Shown in pieces: positions 48,258-57,834 of a stretch of DNA of 64,000 bases. Origin of the DNA: an uncultured virus (IMG/VR IMGVR_UViG_3300011202_000008) (taxonomy: Duplodnaviria > Heunggongvirae > Uroviricota > Caudoviricetes). The stretch is taken from IMG/VR virus record IMGVR_UViG_3300011202_000008. The stretch is one strand, 5' to 3'. The notes beneath the pieces are model-generated. The model did no database searches and was not told where the DNA came from. It saw only the letters and a list, made by a program, of their open reading frames with translations. The translations under genes were made by a program, and so were the position numbers. Each line of letters begins with the position of its first letter. Position 1 is the first letter of the stretch.

Positions 48258-48531
48258 TTAGTCTAATAATAGTTACTCTATAAACTATTTTCTTTACAAA
48301 TAATGCTATATTTTTTAATATTAAATATCCTATTTGAATACTGTGAGAATACATTTATCACTTTTGGCTATTTTTTCAACTAGTTAATCTTTTTATACAT
48401 TTTATACAATTCTATTTTTAAAAATATAAAACTATATAATATCGATTTATTATTTTTATTTTATTTTCTATAAAATAAAAAACTATAAATATAGAAAATT
48501 ACACTATTGTGAATAATGTGTGAAATATATG

Positions 48532-49089
48532 TTATTTAGTATAGAAAGTAATATTGTTATACTTTTCAGAACAACCTTTAGCTACATTATCTATATTTAG
48601 TTCCATATTTTTATAAACGTTTTTTATAAATGATGTTTTTTGATTGTTATTTTGTAGGTAAGATACATCTGTTTTTATTGCTCCAAAACTTTTTTCTACG
48701 GAGCTTACAAATAATGCACATTGATCTTGAGGTATGTTTGTATATTTTATGCTAAGCATAGAATATTTATTTCCAGTTTTATAATCGGATATTATTACTT
48801 CGCCCTTCCATGAATTTGTTATTTTATACAGTGTATTTGAAACCATTGTATTTGGAACTATTTTTGCTTCTAAAAGAATTTTATTACTAAGACCATTATA
48901 GTTGTTCCCATTATATATACCATAAATACCACTCAATATAGTATTTAGATTTGATACTTCTATATTTACGGTATTTGAATTCTTTAATTTAGGATAAAAA
49001 TAAAATACAGAAACAATAATACTAGCAATAATTCCTATAACTATTAATACTTCTAATAGGGAATATCCTTTTCTATTGATTATTTTCAT
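48532..49089 (-). CDS. Type IV pilin, PilS-like
   Basis: Class III signal RKGYSLLE, hydrophobic helix, NSWKG, Y.NIP...C and a second C-terminal Cys. Confidence 0.75.
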   Translation of the reverse strand: MKIINRKGYSLLEVLIVIGIIASIIVSVFYFYPKLKNSNTVNIEVSNLNTILSGIYGIYNGNNYNGLSNKILLEAKIVPNTMVSNTLYKITNSWKGEVIISDYKTGNKYSMLSIKYTNIPQDQCALFVSSVEKSFGAIKTDVSYLQNNNQKTSFIKNVYKNMELNIDNVAKGCSEKYNNITFYTK

Positions 49090-49250
49090 TTTATATCCTC
49101 AATTTCCTTATAGTGATTAGAATATATCATACATTTTTTATTTTAAAAGCCTTTTTAAATAATCAGTTAGCAAATAAATTGATCTTAATTTTGTTTAGCT
49201 TAAGAAAGTGTGTTATTTTAGAAATATCTTAATATTTGGAGAAAAAATCT

Positions 49251-49745
49251 ATGATAAATTATATTTTTTGTGATACTGAAATAGGTAAATCTCTTATTGC
49301 ACAAAAGAATAATAAAGTTTGTGCTTTAATATTGGGTGATAATAAAACCGATATGCTAAAAGAATTATATAAAGGCTTTTCAGATGAGATATTTACTGAA
49401 AAGGAAGTGCCTAATAATATAGATACTGCTGCTTTGGATGTTATTAAAAATCCTTATGGTCCTAACTATGTCCCTTTACACCTAACAGGAACGCAGTTTC
49501 AGTTAAAAGTATGGGAACATCTAAAAACAATCCCTGCGGGTAAAACAGAAACATATTCTGAAGTCGCTCAATACTTAGGCCATACACAATCCCATAGAGC
49601 TGTTGCTAATGCTTGCGCTAATAATAAAATAGCGATACTTATTCCATGTCATAGAGTAGTTAATAAAGATAAAAAACTTACAGGTTATAGATGGGGAGCA
49701 GATTTTAAAAGAAAGCTTTTAGAAAAAGAACAAAAAAGAGGCTGA
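49251..49745 (+). CDS. ogt: Methylated-DNA-protein-cysteine methyltransferase
   Basis: GTQFQLKVW, IPAGKT.TY, RAVANAC, PCHRV, GYRWG. Confidence 0.9.
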   Translation: MINYIFCDTEIGKSLIAQKNNKVCALILGDNKTDMLKELYKGFSDEIFTEKEVPNNIDTAALDVIKNPYGPNYVPLHLTGTQFQLKVWEHLKTIPAGKTETYSEVAQYLGHTQSHRAVANACANNKIAILIPCHRVVNKDKKLTGYRWGADFKRKLLEKEQKRG

Positions 49746-49770
49746 TGCCTCTTTTTTATTTTAGTTTTAA

Positions 49771-50580
49771 TTATAATTTAATATGAATAAGTATGATTTC
49801 ACCTTTTTCATTTCTTGCTACATGCACTTCAAATGTTCCACCACCAAAACCTGTATTACTTACAAATCCTGAATTTTCTATTTTTGAGGCAGCATATTTT
49901 CTTTTAAGACCAAGAGTTTCAAGAAGTTCATGGTCTCTTGTTGAAGCAATGTAATAAAGTTCAGATAGATTTTCAGTGTTTTCTTTTTGTTCTACAAAAT
50001 AATCATAATCAAAAAGACCTATAGCACTACCATTTGTTTCTACATTTCCTAACTTTTCATATGACAAGTTTTCTAAACTCTCAAGTTTAAACGCCTCGTG
50101 GTCTTTATAATCCTCATGAACAATAACGATACTATTCATAGAGCAAAAAAGTGATTTCTCAATTTCATATTGCGGATCACGAGAAAAACCTAAATCTCTT
50201 TTTAATTCTCTTAACTCATCTCGTTGGGCTATAGATAACTTATAATGAATAAAATCTTTACTTTCTGATGCTTCTAAAAGATCTAATTGTTTAAAGGAAT
50301 CACTGTATTTTTTGTCAATTTTATCTTTATGTTCTTTTAGCTGTAAATAGTTATTACAAACATCATAAAATCTCCAATCACCAAAACCTACAAAAGATTT
50401 ACCTTCCCATTTTCCATTTTTTACTTCAATATTTAAAACATCAGAATCATCAATAGGAGCCGACCAGTCTGAAACTCTGATTTTCCCTGAATTAACTTTT
50501 ACTTCACCCAAATATTCTTCTCTTGAAGGACGTAAATCAACACCATACTCATTTGCTAAATCAATATATTTTTGTTCCAT
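49771..50580 (-). CDS. DUF4241-like protein
   Basis: LGEVKVNSGKIRVSD and C-terminal TGFGGG.F.V....GEII.I. Confidence 0.5.
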   Translation of the reverse strand: MEQKYIDLANEYGVDLRPSREEYLGEVKVNSGKIRVSDWSAPIDDSDVLNIEVKNGKWEGKSFVGFGDWRFYDVCNNYLQLKEHKDKIDKKYSDSFKQLDLLEASESKDFIHYKLSIAQRDELRELKRDLGFSRDPQYEIEKSLFCSMNSIVIVHEDYKDHEAFKLESLENLSYEKLGNVETNGSAIGLFDYDYFVEQKENTENLSELYYIASTRDHELLETLGLKRKYAASKIENSGFVSNTGFGGGTFEVHVARNEKGEIILIHIKL

Positions 50581-50610
50581 TTTATTTCCTTTCATTTAAT
50601 TTTAGTAAAA

Positions 50611-51177
50611 TTAATTCAGTTTTACTAATATGTTAAGTTCTTTATAACTACAAATATTTTCTATATTAGCTTTAGATTTCAGGACATCTTTTAAAGGCTC
50701 ATCATTGATGTAAATCTTTGATGTTCTTTCATCATTACCGCTAAGTTTAAGAATAAAACTATCACAAATTATTGATTGCAATGGAATATTCGCATATTTT
50801 ACATTCATTGAATCTCCATTAAATTTAAAATAATAATTTCCACTGTATACGATATTATTCAATAGATATATTTTATCTTTCGTTGATAAAATTTTTAGAT
50901 TATCAGCCTCAACTACAGAATTTACTTCTTTTCCAGAATCAGCATAATTAATGATGGTTTTAACAATTATGTTATTTGTTGAACTAGCAGCCAAAATATA
51001 ATGACCTATTGTTCCTAATATACCTACCATTAGAAAAGCAATAGTCCATAAAAGCATCTTGGTGTTTTTTGTCACTATATATTGGATACTTTTTAGTAAT
51101 AAAAATAATGATAGCAAAAATCCTAATATAAATATATACCCAATATGATCTTCAGTTATTAACATTTTACTCTCCAT
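50611..51177 (-). CDS. Membrane protein with pilin-like C-terminal domain
   Basis: 2 TM, then YANIP....C and IND....C like the adjacent pilins; no class III cleavage site. Confidence 0.5.
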   Translation of the reverse strand: MESKMLITEDHIGYIFILGFLLSLFLLLKSIQYIVTKNTKMLLWTIAFLMVGILGTIGHYILAASSTNNIIVKTIINYADSGKEVNSVVEADNLKILSTKDKIYLLNNIVYSGNYYFKFNGDSMNVKYANIPLQSIICDSFILKLSGNDERTSKIYINDEPLKDVLKSKANIENICSYKELNILVKLN

Positions 51178-51229
51178 TTTCAGAAGATTATATTATAACT
51201 GAAATTCAAGTTCCAGTACAATCTTTATT

Positions 51230-51787
51230 TTATAAAATATAAGTTAAATTGATTGAAACCAAATCATCCATGTAAGGTTTTGAACAATTTTCAGATATTT
51301 TAGCTACATCTATTTGATCTGATGGAGACGATTTTATCGATGCTCCAGAAACTTTTATAATTGCGGTCATTGGAAAAACAGCAGTAATGAATTTTGTACA
51401 GGCATTTTCTGACACCTCATAAATTAGTGTATACCCCGCACTGTAAGTATATCCAGATTCTGGCGTAGAATATAGACTATATCTTACATTTCTACCCCAA
51501 GCATTTCTGTATTCTGATGTGGATTCGGAAAATATCATGTTATCAGGTAAAGCCTTAGCTTTAACTAAAACATTTAAAGACCATTTTGAATAATCGGATG
51601 ATGAACTAAATAACTCTTTACTAGCAGCGTAGATAGCCGAAAGGTTCTTGGTTTCTTGGTTTACTTCATTTGATGCTTTAACTCCGGGATAAACTAAAAA
51701 CGCAGCAACAATAAATGCTGATATTATTGCTAGTGATAATAATAATTCAAGAAGAGAAAAGCCTTTTTTATTCCTTATTATTTTCAT
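51230..51787 (-). CDS. Type IV pilin, PilS-like
   Basis: KKGFSLLE signal, NAWG, two Cys. Confidence 0.75.
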   Translation of the reverse strand: MKIIRNKKGFSLLELLLSLAIISAFIVAAFLVYPGVKASNEVNQETKNLSAIYAASKELFSSSSDYSKWSLNVLVKAKALPDNMIFSESTSEYRNAWGRNVRYSLYSTPESGYTYSAGYTLIYEVSENACTKFITAVFPMTAIIKVSGASIKSSPSDQIDVAKISENCSKPYMDDLVSINLTYIL

Positions 51788-51874
51788 TTAAATAATCCTT
51801 TTATGTTAACTTTTTATATACATATATATAACAAAAAAGGAAATATTTTCAAATTACTACATTTATATTAATCT

Positions 51875-53290
51875 TTACTTAATCTTATTTATCTCTTCCC
51901 ATATTTTTTTAAGACTTTCTTTAACTTTATTATTGTTATTTAATATACCTAAAGCTACCGCATTTGCTAACCTCTCTTCTAAAGATAAAAAATAACCATA
52001 ATGATTCGGAGAAGCATCAAACCCTCTTTCAGCATGATTTGTGGGTGAAGGGTAAAAACATTTTAATTTCATATCAGAACTAAACATTATTACTTTTATT
52101 TCAGATAAATGTTTTAGAACAAGATCATCTATAAAGCTTGTTGGTTGATTGAATAATATTTTTAAATTATTATAGCTATGCTTATCATCTACTAATCCTA
52201 AAACTCTCTCCGCAATATCTTTAAATAAATACATACTGTTATGTTTTAGTTCCATAAACTCATAAGATGCGGGGCTATAAAAAGGAGAAAACATTCTTGA
52301 TATTAAATTTTCTATCACTTTGGAATAAATAAATTCACTATCCTCTTCAGAAGGAACTTCTCTATTATTAAAGTTATAAGTATTAAATAATAGCTTTCTA
52401 TATTCTTTTTTTATTTGGGGATATTTAGATATTGTTTTTTCATCTAATGAACTAAACAAATTATTTTCAACATTGGGAATATGTTTTCCTATATAAAAAT
52501 CCATAGCATGAGTATGCTCATGTATTAAAACTTCTAATATTTGCTCATCATTATTTAATGAACGAATCATAATGGTTAAATCGCCTGTAATATGGCTATT
52601 ACTTTTATCAGCAACAAAATAACCAAGAGATTCATAATTTTTTGAATCTTCATTATTACTAATATTAAAATCCTTTGTATTATTCAATCTTATATTAATA
52701 CTATTATTTAATCCAAGTTGTTCTTTTTCATATCCTGTATAAGCTTTAAACTTTTCAAATAAAAGTGATAAGTCCTTGAAATAATTTTCATTATAAGGTT
52801 CATGTAGACTGAATGACAAACCATTTAATCCATATTTTTGACAAAAATTATAAGCCTCATTAAAATAAGCGTAATCAGGAACCACACTATTTACTAACAT
52901 AGGATTTTTAATAAAAGGTTTATAAATAGTTCCTAACACATTATTTTTTAATCTAGTTAAATAGCTTTGTTTTTGTTCTTCTGTTTCTACAAACTCTTTA
53001 ACAGCGATAACTAACTCATTTACTCTTTCTGAATCGAAATAATTTATCCATAGATTTGAGCCTATATTTTTTTCCAAAAAATCATCATACTCTTTTACTT
53101 CTTGTATCATTGATTCTATACTTGAACATTCTAATACCATTTTTAATAGCAACTCATATCTTGACCATACTGCTTTTATTTTGTCAGTATCTATATTTGA
53201 TATGTATAAAGGAGGAACCATATAGTTAACAGCTATTGATAAGATGTTATTTTTTACAGCTTTTATGTATATTGGATTACTGTTGTTCAT
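51875..53290 (-). CDS. Zincin-like metallopeptidase-domain protein
   Basis: HEHTHAMD (HExxH) and a distal Y....EERLA. Confidence 0.55.
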   Translation of the reverse strand: MNNSNPIYIKAVKNNILSIAVNYMVPPLYISNIDTDKIKAVWSRYELLLKMVLECSSIESMIQEVKEYDDFLEKNIGSNLWINYFDSERVNELVIAVKEFVETEEQKQSYLTRLKNNVLGTIYKPFIKNPMLVNSVVPDYAYFNEAYNFCQKYGLNGLSFSLHEPYNENYFKDLSLLFEKFKAYTGYEKEQLGLNNSINIRLNNTKDFNISNNEDSKNYESLGYFVADKSNSHITGDLTIMIRSLNNDEQILEVLIHEHTHAMDFYIGKHIPNVENNLFSSLDEKTISKYPQIKKEYRKLLFNTYNFNNREVPSEEDSEFIYSKVIENLISRMFSPFYSPASYEFMELKHNSMYLFKDIAERVLGLVDDKHSYNNLKILFNQPTSFIDDLVLKHLSEIKVIMFSSDMKLKCFYPSPTNHAERGFDASPNHYGYFLSLEERLANAVALGILNNNNKVKESLKKIWEEINKIK

Positions 53291-53304
53291 CCTTACCTCT
53301 CTTT

Positions 53305-53574
53305 TTATATTAATATGCCATCTATATTTTTTGTTTTTTCTTGTATACTATTATAAAATTTATGAAAATCAAATGATTCTATTTCTATTCCATCAACCTC
53401 TTTGACATCAATTTCATCCTCATTTACATCGAAAACAACAGAAACCAGACCATCATTATTACTATATGATAATAGGAATCTGTTATCATTTTTAAACAAT
53501 AAAACATGTTCTTTCGAAGACACTTCCCAATGAATATATCGTTCCCTTTGTAAAGTTTTGATAAATTTTTTCAT
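53305..53574 (-). CDS. Hypothetical protein
   Basis: AAGGA RBS. Confidence 0.6.
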   Translation of the reverse strand: MKKFIKTLQRERYIHWEVSSKEHVLLFKNDNRFLLSYSNNDGLVSVVFDVNEDEIDVKEVDGIEIESFDFHKFYNSIQEKTKNIDGILI

Positions 53575-53651
53575 AGATATTTCCTTTTTATTTTTTTGCT
53601 TTTATATTATAAAAAAGATATTATCACTATAAATCATAATTTAAAAGAGAA

Positions 53652-53888
53652 ATGCTTATGCTAAAGAAAATAAAACTATACAAACTTGTCATTCTTGCTA
53701 TTGTTGCTTTTATCTTACTCGATCTTGCCATTACCATTGGCATACGTGTAGCTATCATTATCGCTCCTATTTTTCTTGTTTATTGGGGTTATAAAAAATA
53801 TAAACATTCAAAAGCTAATGAAGGTCTTGATCCAGAAACAGCTAAAAAGTTTACAGATCCAATCAATGATATAATCAATCATAAATAA
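53652..53888 (+). CDS. Small membrane protein
   Basis: Long hydrophobic segment. Confidence 0.55.
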   Translation: MLMLKKIKLYKLVILAIVAFILLDLAITIGIRVAIIIAPIFLVYWGYKKYKHSKANEGLDPETAKKFTDPINDIINHK

Positions 53889-54007
53889 TATTTATAAAAA
53901 GGTTATTAAGTATAACCTTTTTTATTTTTTCAAGACTATTCCTATTTTCTTTTTTTTGAGATATACATTACACTTATAGTATCTCATAAATTTAAATAGG
54001 TGATTAA

Positions 54008-54196
54008 ATGTTAAAGTTTTTTTCAAAGTCTTTTGATGTTATTTTGTTAATGGCTATCGTTTTGTCTGTTATGTTAGTTTTTATAGATTTGAAACTTACA
54101 TCTATCTTGGTTGCTTCTCTCGTTACTGTTCTTATTGTTAAAAAAATCCTTGTATCCCTGTCTTTAAAATTCCATAAACATATCTATTTGAAATAA
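54008..54196 (+). CDS. Small membrane protein
   Basis: AGGTG RBS; 2 TM. Confidence 0.55.
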   Translation: MLKFFSKSFDVILLMAIVLSVMLVFIDLKLTSILVASLVTVLIVKKILVSLSLKFHKHIYLK

Positions 54197-54314
54197 ATCT
54201 CTCGTTTCTTTCCAGCAATTTAAAATAGCTTATTTTTCTGTTTAAGCCTTTTAAATTGCTTTTTTTTGTTTTAAATTATATAAATACTTATTAATAATTA
54301 AAAGAGAGATAATA

Positions 54315-55391
54315 ATGAATTTATTTGATGAACGCTACCTTGACTTACTTGATAAAAAAATCAAACCTCAATTTCCAAAAACAAGATATCAGGGAAGTAA
54401 ATATAAATTAAAAGAATGGATAGATAGCGTTTTATCTAGAGTTGAATATGATACTGTTTTAGATGCTTTTTCAGGAACCAGTTCGGTTTCATACACTTTA
54501 AAAAAATCAGGCAAACAAGTTTTTTCAAATGACTTATTATTATCAAACTATATAACAGCTAAAGCACTTGTAGAGAATAACCAATATACGATTTCTAAAG
54601 AAGATATTCTTTTTGTTTTAACTCAACATTCTGGCTATCCTTACAAAGACATTATATCAACTCACTTTGAAGATATTTATTATCTCTCTGATGAAAATAT
54701 TTGGCTTGATATAGTTACTCAAAATATTCATCGTGTAGAAAACCCTTATAAAAAAGCAATTTTAATGTGGGCATTATTCCAATCTTGTCTTTCGAAAAGA
54801 CCATATAATTTATTTCATAGAAAAAATCTTTATGTAAGAACAGCAATTGTTGAACGTTCATTTGGTAATAAAGCTACTTGGGATAAACCTTTTGCATCTC
54901 ATTTTATTAAGTTTGTAGCAGAAGCTAATGCAGCTATATTTTCTAACGAAAAAAATAATATATCCTATAATACAGATATACTCTCTCTGAGCTTACCAGA
55001 AGCTCCAGATTTAGTTTATATTGATTCTCCTTACATTCCTTCCACTGGAACATTAACTCTTTATAGAGATTTCTATCACTTTTTAGAAGGTCTTTCCGAT
55101 TATGATAATTGGGTAGGATTAATTGATCACAATATGAAAAACAAGGGTTTTTCAAAAATACCATCTTCTTGGGAAGATAAAAAGAAAATTAGTTCTGCTT
55201 TTGATGACCTCTTTGCTAAGTTTAGTGATAGTAAAATAGCTGTTTCATATCGTTCAGATGGTATACCATCTATTAATGACTTGATAGATAAGTTAAAATA
55301 TCACGGTAAAAAAGTCTCTATACATCAGATTGATTATCAATATGTTCTTTCTGAGAAAAACACACAAGAAGTACTTATTTTAGCAGAATAA
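54315..55391 (+). CDS. D12-class DNA adenine methyltransferase
   Basis: RYQGSKYKL and DAFSGTSSV; the catalytic motif reads IDSPY. Confidence 0.8.
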   Translation: MNLFDERYLDLLDKKIKPQFPKTRYQGSKYKLKEWIDSVLSRVEYDTVLDAFSGTSSVSYTLKKSGKQVFSNDLLLSNYITAKALVENNQYTISKEDILFVLTQHSGYPYKDIISTHFEDIYYLSDENIWLDIVTQNIHRVENPYKKAILMWALFQSCLSKRPYNLFHRKNLYVRTAIVERSFGNKATWDKPFASHFIKFVAEANAAIFSNEKNNISYNTDILSLSLPEAPDLVYIDSPYIPSTGTLTLYRDFYHFLEGLSDYDNWVGLIDHNMKNKGFSKIPSSWEDKKKISSAFDDLFAKFSDSKIAVSYRSDGIPSINDLIDKLKYHGKKVSIHQIDYQYVLSEKNTQEVLILAE

Positions 55392-55453
55392 TTGATTTTT
55401 ATTAAGTTAGTGTATATAATACAATAACTAAGCAAGATAAAAGGAAATATATC

Positions 55454-56290
55454 ATGAATAAAAACTATATTATTAATTTAAAATTTAATTATGATAGCGA
55501 GACAAAGGAAAAACAAGCTACAATTAATTGTATAAGAGATAAAATTACTCGATTAATGAAAGAGCATAATATTTCTTTAGCTTCGAAAGATGATGATCAT
55601 GTGGATTATGTATTCGCTATTGGTGGCGATGGAACAATGCTTCATTCTATGCATCAATATATTAATAAAGATTCTTTAATTATTGGTATTAATGCGGGGA
55701 ATGTTGGATTTTTAACTCCTTATGAAATTAGTGATCTTAATAATGATTCTCTTTTTAAATTTTTAGAACCCGGCAGCAATCCTCGTATTGAAAAACGTTG
55801 TATTCTTGAATATGAATTTGAAGGTCAACGATTTGGTGCAGTCAATGAATATGCATTTACCGCTAATCATCCTAATAATGTAATTAGTTTTACTGTTGAA
55901 TCTGAGATAGATGGTATTATAAGTAAAACAGGATTATATAAAGCTAATACATTGCTTTTATCTACACCATCTGGTTCTACGGCTTATAACATGAATGCTG
56001 GTGGCGCTATTGTAGACCCTTCTATGAGATCTATACAAATGCTTATGATTGCCCCTACGGTATTAGGGAATAGACCTCTAATATTTAATGAAAAAGCGAC
56101 ATTACATGTTACCTTTACAACAGATATTGAAGTCTTTTCAGATGCTTTACTTACTTCTACTATTCCTGCAGGTAAAACATTATCTATTGGATTAATGAAA
56201 AAAGACTCTAGGATTTTAGTTCCTGATGATTGGAATTTTTATAGCATTCTTAGTAAAAAACTTCATTGGAATAATGGTAGAGATGTTTAA
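55454..56290 (+). CDS. nadK: NAD kinase
   Basis: GGDGT, GINAGNVGFL, NE, TPSGSTAYNMNAGG. Confidence 0.9.
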   Translation: MNKNYIINLKFNYDSETKEKQATINCIRDKITRLMKEHNISLASKDDDHVDYVFAIGGDGTMLHSMHQYINKDSLIIGINAGNVGFLTPYEISDLNNDSLFKFLEPGSNPRIEKRCILEYEFEGQRFGAVNEYAFTANHPNNVISFTVESEIDGIISKTGLYKANTLLLSTPSGSTAYNMNAGGAIVDPSMRSIQMLMIAPTVLGNRPLIFNEKATLHVTFTTDIEVFSDALLTSTIPAGKTLSIGLMKKDSRILVPDDWNFYSILSKKLHWNNGRDV

Positions 56291-56312
56291 AATAAAAGCC
56301 CGTAAGGGCTTT

Positions 56313-56924
56313 TTAATCTTCATATTCTTCATAAAAGTCGTTATCGTTTTCTAAAGAATCTTTTATAAAGCTATCGTAGTTTTTAATATCATCTTCAATA
56401 TACGAAAAACCTTCATTTTCGAAAACGATAGGAAGATTATTTTTTTCTCTTAACTCTTTCATAACTTTAATCAAATTAACAACTTCATCTTCATATTGCT
56501 TTCTTTCAAATGTTAAAATATATTCTTTATCTTTTTCTTCCAATAAACTCTTACTTTCATCTGATAACAAATTATCATAATGATGCTTATTCATCTTCCA
56601 GAAGATGTTATCTATTGTTTTGGATACTTTAATTGGAGACCAAATACCAGCACATCCCGGAATACCACAAGAACAATTATAAATGTATAACGATTGTTCT
56701 TCCGATACCCTTTGAGAAAGATCTAAACTAATAACACAAACATTTCGCGGGATAAACTTTTTATCATTTACTTTTATATCTACGCTGAAAACATCATAAA
56801 TCATTAGGTCTTCATCAGGATTCATGTATTCAGCATCTTTCGTGTTAGTAAAATCTAAATTTTTTAATTTATAGTCCAACTTAAGTTTAGATATCATTAT
56901 GCTCTCCGATTTTATAGATATCAT
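56313..56924 (-). CDS. Hypothetical protein with CxCGxxGC motif
   Basis: YNCSCGIPGCAG; start may be 46 nt-scale downstream (MISKL). Confidence 0.6.
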   Translation of the reverse strand: MISIKSESIMISKLKLDYKLKNLDFTNTKDAEYMNPDEDLMIYDVFSVDIKVNDKKFIPRNVCVISLDLSQRVSEEQSLYIYNCSCGIPGCAGIWSPIKVSKTIDNIFWKMNKHHYDNLLSDESKSLLEEKDKEYILTFERKQYEDEVVNLIKVMKELREKNNLPIVFENEGFSYIEDDIKNYDSFIKDSLENDNDFYEEYED

Positions 56925-57017
56925 ATTGTATTATATTATTACCTTAATATCTACCTTTTTTTGATTTCATATAACTAAAAATGATAGCATTAAACATAAT
57001 AAAAAAGAGGACAAAAT

Positions 57018-57410
57018 ATGGGACTTTGTTTAAAATCAAATAAAAGCACAATGAATGTACGTATGCCTTATAGTGCTTTTAATCGAATGAGATACTTAAT
57101 TCTTGCTTATGTACAAAATGAAAAATTAGAAACGGTAAGTAATAATGATTACCTTTATCATTTCCTTTCTGCCTATTCTGACGACTCCTATTCTTTTAAA
57201 TATTTCATAGAACATAGTGATTGTGATGGTTCATGGAACAAAGAAAAAATAGATACTTTAATATCAGAGTTTAATGAGCATTATTCTCGAATAGTTGAAC
57301 ATAATAAAAAACATAATGATTTTCAAGATGGCTATGATGATGAAATACTTTTTATTCCTTTAATTAAATTACTTAACGAAAGTAAAAATGGAAAAATAGT
57401 TTTTAGTTGA
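57018..57410 (+). CDS. Hypothetical protein (phage-type)
   Basis: GAGG RBS; HSDCDG motif. Confidence 0.65.
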   Translation: MGLCLKSNKSTMNVRMPYSAFNRMRYLILAYVQNEKLETVSNNDYLYHFLSAYSDDSYSFKYFIEHSDCDGSWNKEKIDTLISEFNEHYSRIVEHNKKHNDFQDGYDDEILFIPLIKLLNESKNGKIVFS

Positions 57411-57445
57411 AAACAAAAAAGGAGACTTAACATCTCCTTTATTCA

Positions 57446-57739
57446 TTAAAAATCTTTTATTTTATATTCATATACTTTTAAGCTACATAAACCTTTATCT
57501 TTTCTCATTCTCCAAAACTCTAACAAAGCATCTTTAGTTTTATGAAGAGCAGTTACTATTTCAGCAGATACAAATCCTGATTGTTTTAAGCTTTTATCTC
57601 TTTTCTCCATCAGCTCATATTCACTTTTTATGAGACTCTTTAAACTTTCAATTTTACGTTCATCTATTTCTAAATAACTTAAAAACTGAGCATTTATCTC
57701 AGCTATTTTTTTATCGTGATAATATACATTTAAATCCAT
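57446..57739 (-). CDS. Hypothetical protein
   Basis: AGGAG RBS. Confidence 0.6.
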   Translation of the reverse strand: MDLNVYYHDKKIAEINAQFLSYLEIDERKIESLKSLIKSEYELMEKRDKSLKQSGFVSAEIVTALHKTKDALLEFWRMRKDKGLCSLKVYEYKIKDF

Positions 57740-57834
57740 AACAAACTCCTTAATATTCGCATGTATTTTAAATATATCACAATTAATTTTCGATTCAAAT
57801 AAAAGCTGATATTTTTACGTATCAGCTTAATATT

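Noticed and set aside
48410..48500. AT-rich quasi-palindromic repeats as a replication origin
   Set aside because: Low complexity; no DnaA boxes, iterons or adjacent rep gene recognised.
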